A DNA stretch of 57,650 nt, from the NCBI GenBank assembly GCA_964625655.1, contig CAZVCT010000003.1, positions 1 through 57,650 on the forward strand, written 5' to 3'. The notes beneath the pieces were generated by a model. The model had not been told where the DNA came from. It saw only the letters and a list, made by a program, of their open reading frames with translations, and did no database searches. Positions 9,736 to 16,926 of the stretch are shown here, piece after piece. The stretch is from an uncultured bacterium. Its GTDB lineage: Bacteria; Deinococcota; Deinococci; Deinococcales; Trueperaceae. Positions within the stretch are counted from its first letter, which is position 1; each line of letters opens with the position of its first letter. Made by a program: the position numbers and the translations under genes.

Positions 9736-10406
9736 CCGACCAGCCGGCCCTCTTCTAGCGCCAGCACGCGCGGAGCCAGGCGCACGCCCAGCTCCTGCTG
9801 GTGCCCGGTGAGCAGCACGGCGCCGCCGGCGGCCGCGCGCTGCTGCAGGGCGTCGGCCAGCAGCTCCTGCGCTTCCAGGTCCAGGCCGTTGAACGGCTCG
9901 TCCAGCAGCGTCAGGGGCTGCTCCAACGACAGTGCCAGTGCCAGCGACAGCTTCTGGCGCATGCCACGCGAGTGGGTGGCCGGGAACTCGTCGAGCCTGG
10001 CGGCCAGGCCGAAACGCTCCAACCACTCGACCGCGCGCTCGTCGGCCTCGGGGCGCCGGTAGACGAGGGCGTTGAAGCGCGCGTGCTCGCGCAGCGTCAG
10101 GTCTTCGTAGAGGGCCGGCTCGTCGGGCACGAACACGAACTGCTCGCGCGCGCTCATGCCGCCGGCGGTGCGCCCCAGCACGTCGACGTCGCCGCGGCTG
10201 GGCAGCAGCCCGACGAGGGCGCGCAGCAGCGTGCTCTTGCCGGCGCCGTTGGGGCCCACCAGCAGCACGAGCTCGCCCGCCTCCAGGGTGAAGGTGGCGT
10301 CCTCGACGATGGGGGTGCCGCCCAGGCTGACGCGCAGCTCGGTGGCTTGCAGAAGTGGGGAACGCCGACCCTCACGGGTCGGCGTCTTGGACGACGAGCT
10401 TTCCAC
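9732..10406 (-). CDS. ABC transporter ATP-binding protein
   Basis: Walker A GPNGAGKST, signature-like SRGMRQK, Walker B LTLLDEPFNGLD, H-loop LLTGH. 224 aa. Confidence 0.9.
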   Translation of the reverse strand: MESSSSKTPTREGRRSPLLQATELRVSLGGTPIVEDATFTLEAGELVLLVGPNGAGKSTLLRALVGLLPSRGDVDVLGRTAGGMSAREQFVFVPDEPALYEDLTLREHARFNALVYRRPEADERAVEWLERFGLAARLDEFPATHSRGMRQKLSLALALSLEQPLTLLDEPFNGLDLEAQELLADALQQRAAAGGAVLLTGHQQELGVRLAPRVLALEEGRLVG

Positions 10407-10503
10407 GTGGCCTTCACTCTAACAGCCGCTGGGCTCGCCCTACTTGGGCGCGGGGCGCCGCGTCAACCGCCGGTGGGATCGGCGCCCGGCGCGAAGGAAG
10501 GGT

Positions 10504-11034
10504 TCAGCTGCGCGTCATGTCTCCCGGGCGGTCGCCCTGCATGGTGGACGGGTCGACGGTCTTCTCCACCGAGATGGTGAGGTTCGCGACGAGCGCCGCG
10601 ATGGCGCCGATGGCGGCCCAGACGGGCAGGAGCACGGTGCCGATGACGCCGATAGTCAGGGGGATCTCGATGAGCACCTTGCCGTCGTCGTTCTTGATGG
10701 TGATGCGGCGGACGTTGCCCTCGCGGACCAGCTCCTTGACCTTCGAGACGACCGCCTCGCCGGAGACGCGGAACTCCTCGGTGACGGTGCGGCCGCCCTG
10801 GCCGCCCGCGCCCTGGCCAGCCCCGCCGGCCTGACCCGCCTGCCCCGTGCCGTAGCCCGTCTGGCCCGTGGTGCTCTCCTGGCCCGTGGCGCCTGCGGCG
10901 CTGGTATGGCCGCCAGCGGTCCCGCCCGTGGGGACGTAGGTGCCCTTGGTGGGGTCGTAGCTGCTGCCCGTGCCGTGCTCGTTCGCGCCCGAATCGCCGG
11001 GCTGGAAGCCGTCGTTCCTCTTGTCGTCGTTCAT
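10504..11034 (-). CDS. DUF4342-like protein with a Gly/Thr/Gln-rich low-complexity N-terminus
   Basis: Track ORF 10504..11043 (GTG). ATG 11034 has GAAGAGGTG upstream. The C-terminal half (EEFRVSGEAVVSKVKELVREGNVRRITIKNDDGKVLIEIPLTIG, then a hydrophobic segment) matches my memory of DUF4342. Confidence 0.6.
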   Translation of the reverse strand: MNDDKRNDGFQPGDSGANEHGTGSSYDPTKGTYVPTGGTAGGHTSAAGATGQESTTGQTGYGTGQAGQAGGAGQGAGGQGGRTVTEEFRVSGEAVVSKVKELVREGNVRRITIKNDDGKVLIEIPLTIGVIGTVLLPVWAAIGAIAALVANLTISVEKTVDPSTMQGDRPGDMTRS

Positions 11035-11228
11035 GCCGGTCACCTCTTCCGCAGAATCCTTGGATGTCTCATGGGACGCTTCGTCCCTACGACTCTAGGG
11101 TAGGGGTGGCGGCAGGGCGGGCGCATCCGCCATAGGGATGAGGCGGAGGTGGTCCGTTGGGCTCGGCCAGCGTGCACCGGAAGCTTGCAGGCGGCATGCC
11201 AATATGGGCGCGAGGTAGCCACAAGCCG

Positions 11229-13418
11229 ATGATCTACTTCGTTGTTCGCGTCCTGGTCTATACCCTCGCTGCCTACTCGGTGGTGAACGTGGCACCCGGC
11301 CTAGTGCCGCCGCCCTTCCCCTTCGTGCCCGCGCAGTTCGGGATGCTGGCCTCCTACCTCGCCATCGGCCTGGCGTTCGGAGCGCTGCAGGCGATCGGCC
11401 GGCCGCTGCTGCTGTTCTTCAGCGGGCGCCTCTACATCTGGTCGATGGGCACCATCTCGGTCGTCATCAACGGCCTCTTCTTCCTAGTCCTGGCGCTCCT
11501 CAGCCCGCAGCGCCTGCCGGTGCCCGGCGGCGAGGTCTTCTCGGCCGCGGTGGGCGCTTTCATGATGGGCGTGGTCGTCACGCTGCTCGAGGCCATCACC
11601 GGCCTCGACGCCCCGCGGCGCGACAGCGAGACGCGCACCACGCCGCGCTACTGGGGCTGGCTCGGCTTCTTCCCCGGCGGCCGCCGCAACCGCGCCGTCG
11701 AGGGCCTGCGCACCGTGCAGCTGATCGCCATCGCCCGCTCGTACGCCCTCGAGATCCTCGTCGGCCTCACGCCGCTGGCGCCCGTCCGCACCTTCATGAA
11801 GCGCCTCCTCTACCGCTTCCGGCCGCGCATCGACGAGGAGGACCCGGCGGTGGTCCTGCGCCTGATGCTGCAGGACCTGGGCCCCACCTTCGTGAAGTTC
11901 GGGCAGCTGGTGGCCAGCCGCGTCGAGGTGCTGCCGCCGCGCTGGCGCGACCAGCTCGAGGTGCTGCAGGACAAGGTGCGCGCCTTCCCCTTCGACGAGG
12001 CCGAACGCTTGGTGGAAGCCGAGCTGGACGCCAAGCTCGAGGCGCTCTTCCTCGTGTTCGACCCCGAGCCGCTGGCGTCCGCCTCGATGGGCCAGGTGTA
12101 CGCCGCCACGCTGCTGGACGGCACGCAGGTGGTCGTGAAGGTGCAGCGCCCCAACATCACCGTCGTCGTCAAGGCCGACCTGAACATCCTGCGCGACCTG
12201 CTCTCGACGCTCGAGGGTCGCTTCCCGCGCTTCCGGCGCCTGGGGCTGCTGCCCCTGTTCGACGAGTTCGCCGAGAGCCTCGTCGAAGAGCTCGACTACG
12301 AGACCGAGGCGTACCAGGCGCGCATGCTGCGCCACAACATGGAGGAGTTCGACTTCGTCGAGGTGCCCGCCGTCTACCCCGCCTACTCGACGAGGCGCGT
12401 GCTGACCATGCAGCGCGTCAGCGGCGTGAAGATCACCGACGTCGCCGCGCTGGACGACGCCGGCGTCGACCGGCGCGCCCTGGCGCTGGACCTGTTCCGG
12501 GCGCTCATCAAGCAGGTGCTGTTCGACGGCTTCTTCCACTCGGACCTGCACGCCGGCAACGTCTGGTACGACCGCGAAGCGCGCCGCCTGCTGTTTCTCG
12601 ACATGGGCTCGGTGGGGCAGCTGTCGCGCTCGGACCGCGTGCGCCTGGCCCAGCTCATCTGGTCGCTCCACGACCGCGCCGCGACGCCCGCCGCGCAGGT
12701 GGTGCTGTCGCTGTGCGAACCGCCCGACGAGCCCGTCGACATGCAGAAGCTGCGCCGCGACGTCGAGCGCCTCATCAACCGCCACCTGCTGCTGGAGGGC
12801 GAGGTCGAAGGGATCTCGGAGCTGTTCGCCGAACTGGTGACGCTGCTCGTGCGCCACGGCCTGCTGCTGCGCCCCGAGTTCACCATGGCCTTCAAGGCCA
12901 TCGGCCAGGGCGAGTCGATCATGCGCACCCTCATGGGCGACGAGCAGCCCGGCGCCATCGTCGACATCGCCTTCCGCACCATCCGCAACGTGCTGCTGCG
13001 CGAACTCGACCCGCGCCGCTTCGGCCCCGACACGCTCCTGCCCCTCACCAGGGAGGCGCTGGGCCGCGTCCCCAACCTGATCAGCGCCTTCACCAGCCTG
13101 CTGGACGATTTCGAGCACGGCCGCACCGCGCTGCAGCTGGACGTCGGCAGCGTCAACCAGCGCGTCACCGACGTCCAACGCAGCTTCGAACGCGGCTTCC
13201 GCCGCATGGTGCTGGCCATCGCGCTGGCGGGCCTGCTGCTGGGCTCGTCGCTGCTCCTGATGGCGCCCCTCGGCGACATCGCCAGCGGCAACGAGGTGTT
13301 CATCCTGCGGCTGGTGGCGGGGGTGGGGGTCACGGCCAGCGGGATCATGACGATCAGCATCGTGGCGTCGATGCTGCTGCCCCTTGGACGGGAGGTGTCT
13401 CGCCGCAACCGGCGGTAG
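11229..13418 (+). CDS. Fusion of a 4-TM holin-family-IV-like (YvlD-like) domain with an ABC1/UbiB-family atypical kinase and C-terminal TM helices
   Basis: Track ORF 11157..13418. Start set at ATG 11229 (MIYFVVRVLVYTLAAY). The N-terminal ~120 aa form 4 hydrophobic helices. ABC1 core: ASASMGQVYAA, VVVKVQRP, HSDLHAGNV, FLDMG. Confidence 0.75.
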   Translation: MIYFVVRVLVYTLAAYSVVNVAPGLVPPPFPFVPAQFGMLASYLAIGLAFGALQAIGRPLLLFFSGRLYIWSMGTISVVINGLFFLVLALLSPQRLPVPGGEVFSAAVGAFMMGVVVTLLEAITGLDAPRRDSETRTTPRYWGWLGFFPGGRRNRAVEGLRTVQLIAIARSYALEILVGLTPLAPVRTFMKRLLYRFRPRIDEEDPAVVLRLMLQDLGPTFVKFGQLVASRVEVLPPRWRDQLEVLQDKVRAFPFDEAERLVEAELDAKLEALFLVFDPEPLASASMGQVYAATLLDGTQVVVKVQRPNITVVVKADLNILRDLLSTLEGRFPRFRRLGLLPLFDEFAESLVEELDYETEAYQARMLRHNMEEFDFVEVPAVYPAYSTRRVLTMQRVSGVKITDVAALDDAGVDRRALALDLFRALIKQVLFDGFFHSDLHAGNVWYDREARRLLFLDMGSVGQLSRSDRVRLAQLIWSLHDRAATPAAQVVLSLCEPPDEPVDMQKLRRDVERLINRHLLLEGEVEGISELFAELVTLLVRHGLLLRPEFTMAFKAIGQGESIMRTLMGDEQPGAIVDIAFRTIRNVLLRELDPRRFGPDTLLPLTREALGRVPNLISAFTSLLDDFEHGRTALQLDVGSVNQRVTDVQRSFERGFRRMVLAIALAGLLLGSSLLLMAPLGDIASGNEVFILRLVAGVGVTASGIMTISIVASMLLPLGREVSRRNRR

Positions 13419-13455
13419 TGCCGGTTGGGCATGCGTCGGCTTGTGGTAGGGCGTG

Positions 13456-13533
13456 GGGTGGGTTGGCAACCCCCTTCCGTTCCCTGGGGCATCGGGATGC
13501 AAACGGGAACGGAAGGGGGTTGCCAACCCACTC
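13456..13533. repeat. Long perfect inverted repeat (25 bp perfect, about 29 bp with extensions, 20-nt loop); probable terminator or REP-like element
   Basis: GGGTTGGCAACCCCCTTCCGTTCCC (13460-13484) pairs with GGGAACGGAAGGGGGTTGCCAACCC (13505-13529). The loop carries its own small stem (GCAT..ATGC). Lies 40 nt after the stop at 13418. Confidence 0.85.
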
Positions 13534-13832
13534 GTGGCTCTTTCATTAGGCGAGGCAGGGGTCGCGGCAGTGCTCGGCGGCGGTTGCGGCGAAGTAGAAG
13601 GGAAGTAGGTTGCAGGCCGGAGTCTACGTAATCATGGCCTGTCCTCGAGCTGGTCGCTGACCGTAGAAACAGGAGCATAGAGACGCGAGTTGACTAGGAC
13701 CTTTCGTCGATTGACCGTCGGCTTCGTGGCTACCGCTGGTGATGACCTAGCAAGTTAGGCCGAAGCCATGTTCGGGTAACGGGCTTGTTCCGGTGTCAAG
13801 TGTGCTAGGCTATTTACCGAACGGAGTTAGTG

Positions 13833-14963
13833 ATGGCAACGGGAGTCGAGGAGAAGCCCAAATCCGAGGGAGAGGCTATGCGTCGCGTCGCTGCTGCCAT
13901 CCGCGACCGCCTGCCGATGGGCTGGACGGCGCAGCTTAAGGAGGAATTCAAGAGTTCAACTGGGGTCGTAGCCGATGGAGTTCTGGAGATCGCGAGCCCC
14001 CGCGGGGAACGCGCCTACCTCATTCTCGAAGCTAAGCTCAGTGTTGTGGGTCGCGACATCGCGCAGCTCGAGAGCCGCCTGCACGACGCCGCAGACCATT
14101 TATCGACCACTTCTAACGAAACCCGGGCGGCCATCGTTGCGCCGTACCTATCGATGCCGGTTCGCAAGCGCCTTACGGAAGCCGATCTTTCGTACGCTGA
14201 TTTGACGGGTAACGTCCGCATCGAACTGTCAGAGCCCGGTCTTTTCATAATGGATAAAGGCGCTGACGCTGATCCGTGGCGCGGCCCCGGTCGCCCCCGA
14301 GGCACACTCAAGGGCGAGCCCGCAGCGCGGGTCGTCCGCGCTCTGAGTGACATCGACAGGGCTTGGACCATGCGGGAACTGATCGACGAATCTGGAGCGT
14401 CCACTGGTGCTGCCTACCGGGTCATCGAGTACCTCGAGCGGGAAGGGCATGTAGAACGCGACGATCAGCGCCGGGTTCACGTGCTGGACTGGCTGAAGCT
14501 ATTGCGAGCTTGGAGCGCAGACTACAGTCTCACTGGGAGTAACCGCATCTCACGCTGGATCGCACCGCGCGGCATCCCGAACCTGCTCGAACTCATGGCT
14601 GATCCTAGAAGGATGCAACCGGGCCAGTCATTCCGCTACGCCATCACCGGCACCATAGCGGCAGCCGAGTGGGCACCGTATGCCCCTGCTTCGATGGCCA
14701 TGGTTTACGTTTCGGACACCGAAGCTGCGACAAGCGCCTGGGGGCTCCACCCGACAGAATCCGGCGCGAATACGTTGCTGGTCGAGCCACCCTACGATGT
14801 GATGCTGGAACGCACGACCATCAACCATGCTGGCCTGCATATAGCTGCGCCTACTCAGGTGGCTGTCGATCTGCTGGGCGGGCCGGGGAGAAGCCCTGCC
14901 GAGGCGGAAAAGCTGCTGGAGTGGATGCAGTCGAACGAGGAAGTCTGGCGAAAGCGTGGATGA
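13833..14963 (+). CDS. AbiEi-like regulator/antitoxin with central wHTH and an extra N-terminal PD-(D/E)xK-like domain
   Basis: ATG 13833 with GGAG 7 nt upstream. N-domain: ADGVLEI...AYLILEAKL (D...ExK pattern). wHTH: ARVVRALSDIDRAWTMRELIDESGASTGAAYRVIEYLEREGHV. C-domain resembles AbiEi (AITGTIAAAEW, MVYV, IAAPTQVAVDLL). GC is lower than the flanks. Confidence 0.6.
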   Translation: MATGVEEKPKSEGEAMRRVAAAIRDRLPMGWTAQLKEEFKSSTGVVADGVLEIASPRGERAYLILEAKLSVVGRDIAQLESRLHDAADHLSTTSNETRAAIVAPYLSMPVRKRLTEADLSYADLTGNVRIELSEPGLFIMDKGADADPWRGPGRPRGTLKGEPAARVVRALSDIDRAWTMRELIDESGASTGAAYRVIEYLEREGHVERDDQRRVHVLDWLKLLRAWSADYSLTGSNRISRWIAPRGIPNLLELMADPRRMQPGQSFRYAITGTIAAAEWAPYAPASMAMVYVSDTEAATSAWGLHPTESGANTLLVEPPYDVMLERTTINHAGLHIAAPTQVAVDLLGGPGRSPAEAEKLLEWMQSNEEVWRKRG

Positions 14964-15768
14964 CCTGACAGTCAGCTCACGACGCGCGATGCTTGACGTC
15001 CTCGAAGTACTGGGACGTCACCGGGAGTCCATGATCATAGTTGGGGCGCATGCCATATACATGCAGGTACCCACTACGCAGACAGCTGTGGCACCGTTTA
15101 CCAGTGACAGTGACATGGTGATCGATCCGGCATCGCTCTCGAATGAGCCGCTACTCGAAAACCTACTTGAAAGCGCAGGCTTTACTTTGCGGAACCCGTA
15201 TCAGCCCGGGACCTGGCGTCGCGGGGCAGACGAACTTGATCTGATGGTCCCGGACAGAGCCGGAGGTAGGGGACGGCGCGCAGCCCGGATACCCCCTCAT
15301 GAGAAACACGTTGCAAGGAAAACACGGGGCCTAGAGGGTGCCCTGGTGGATAACTCCCTCAGGGACATCGAATCACTGGACCCTGAAACGGATCCCCGGA
15401 CGTTCCAAGTGCGCGTCGCAGGTCCCGCAGCACTCCTGGTCTCTAAGCTCTACAAGCTGCATGAACGACTCGGTCAGGATAATCCGGACCGCCAGCAGGA
15501 CAAAGATGCTCACGACATCTACCGCATCTTGGTCGAAACCGAGCTAGGTGACCTGCAGGTGCGGTACCAGAAACTCCAAGCGGCTGAAATCAGCCTAGAT
15601 GTTGCCACGACTGCACTGGGATACCTGGATGAACTGTTTGCCGCAGGGGCACATGCGAAGGGTTCCGCGATGGCCGGACGCGCTGAAGAAGGCATCGGTA
15701 GCCCGGAAACAGTCTCATTACAGGTGTCGATCCTGGCGGCACAATTCCTCGAGCAGATGGTCGGATGA
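14956..15768 (+). CDS. Nucleotidyltransferase-fold protein, AbiEii/MenT-like toxin candidate
   Basis: 8-nt overlap with the upstream gene. Minimal NTase motifs IVGAHAIY and TSDSDMVID, a third acidic residue in ELDLMVPD, and the C-terminal pattern KLYKLHERL...QDKDAHDIYRIL typical of DUF1814/AbiEii proteins. Low GC. Confidence 0.6.
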   Translation: MDDLTVSSRRAMLDVLEVLGRHRESMIIVGAHAIYMQVPTTQTAVAPFTSDSDMVIDPASLSNEPLLENLLESAGFTLRNPYQPGTWRRGADELDLMVPDRAGGRGRRAARIPPHEKHVARKTRGLEGALVDNSLRDIESLDPETDPRTFQVRVAGPAALLVSKLYKLHERLGQDNPDRQQDKDAHDIYRILVETELGDLQVRYQKLQAAEISLDVATTALGYLDELFAAGAHAKGSAMAGRAEEGIGSPETVSLQVSILAAQFLEQMVG

Positions 15769-15799
15769 AAGCTCGGTGGTCGGGCCGGTAATCTCCGGT

Positions 15800-16624
15800 A
15801 TGGCACTGACAGGCGTCCGACTTCCGGCGCGGCAGCCGGGGGCGGGCTTTCCGCTCGACCTGCCGTTGCTGGGTGGGGGTGGAGGCACCGGGTCCGCAGG
15901 CGGAGTCGACATCGCGTTCGCGCCCGGAGTGACCGTCCTCGTAGGCGAGAACGGCAGTGGCAAAAGCACGCTGCTCGAGGCGGTGGCGTTGGCGGCCGAG
16001 GTGCCTACGGTGGGGAGCAACGACGACGCTCACCTCGACGTCACGCTGGCGCACCTCCTGCCCCTGGCCGACGCCCTGCGCCTCACCTGGACCGAGCGCA
16101 GCCGCCGCGGCCTGTTCCTGCGCGCGGAGGACTACTTCGGGTACGTGCAGCGGCAGCGTCGCCTCGTGAGCGACCTGCGAGCCGAGGCGGCGCGCGTTGG
16201 CGCCGAGGCAGCGGGCCAGCACGAGGGCGAGCGCCTGCGCCGCATGAGCCCGTTCGCGGGCTCGGCCGCGGCCATGGACGCGCGCTACCAGGGGGACCTG
16301 GACGCCCGCTCGCACGGCCAGTCGTTCCTCGCCTTCTGCAAGGGCCGCTTCACGGGCCCGGGCCTCTACCTGCTGGACGAGCCCGAGGCGGCGCTGTCGC
16401 CCGTGAGCCAGCTGGCGTTCCTGTCGCTGGTGAAGGAGACGGTGGAGCGCGGCGGCCAGTTCGTCATGGCCACCCACTCCCCCGTGCTGATGGCCTACCC
16501 GGGAGCGCTGCTGTACCAACTGGACGGAACGAGCGTGACCCCGGTCGCGTACGACGACCTGGAGCACGTGAAGGTGATGCGAGAGTTCCTAGCCGCACCG
16601 GAAGCCTTCACAAGGCACCTGTAG
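15800..16624 (+). CDS. Soluble ABC/AAA-type ATPase (COG3910-like predicted ATPase)
   Basis: Track ORF 15599..16624. Start set at ATG 15800, 5 nt behind TAATCT. Walker A GENGSGKST, SHGQSF, Walker B LYLLDEPEAALS, ATHSP. GC is back to genome level. Confidence 0.75.
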   Translation: MALTGVRLPARQPGAGFPLDLPLLGGGGGTGSAGGVDIAFAPGVTVLVGENGSGKSTLLEAVALAAEVPTVGSNDDAHLDVTLAHLLPLADALRLTWTERSRRGLFLRAEDYFGYVQRQRRLVSDLRAEAARVGAEAAGQHEGERLRRMSPFAGSAAAMDARYQGDLDARSHGQSFLAFCKGRFTGPGLYLLDEPEAALSPVSQLAFLSLVKETVERGGQFVMATHSPVLMAYPGALLYQLDGTSVTPVAYDDLEHVKVMREFLAAPEAFTRHL

Positions 16625-16807
16625 CAAGGCGGCGAAGCTATCCGCCCGTGCCTACGAAGCTTCTAGGACATCCCTTATCTCTCGAACTCCGGCGCTGCCC
16701 TTGTGCCGTCGGGTGCTGGCGCCGACCGTACCCCCAAGCTCTGGCTGCTCGCTGCCCTCCCAAGCTCTGCCACCGTCCCTGCCCCGCTGAGCCACGAGCG
16801 AACGAAG

Positions 16808-16881
16808 TCGGTGGGGCGCGCCTTTCAGCGGAGCCTTGCCACTCCGTGGCTTGAGCTCCGCTGAAAGGCGCGCCCCACCGA
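16808..16881. repeat. Long perfect inverted repeat (27-bp stem, 20-nt loop) between convergent genes
   Basis: TCGGTGGGGCGCGCCTTTCAGCGGAGC (16808-16834) pairs with GCTCCGCTGAAAGGCGCGCCCCACCGA (16855-16881). The loop carries a small stem (GCCAC..GTGGC). Same geometry as the 13456 element but a different sequence. Confidence 0.85.
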
Positions 16882-16926
16882 CCACCATCACGAACGGACC
16901 CTAGACGCGGGCCCTAAGCACGATGG

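Noticed and set aside
13456-13533. Integron attC or IS200/IS605-type end for the long hairpins
   Set aside because: The RYYYAAC / GTTRRRY core sites are not present at the stem ends. There is no integrase or TnpA/TnpB gene nearby.
13425-13631. Small ORFs across the long hairpins (13425..13631, 16648..16854, 16652..16891)
   Set aside because: Their sequences are mirror images created by the inverted repeats. They have no start-site signals.
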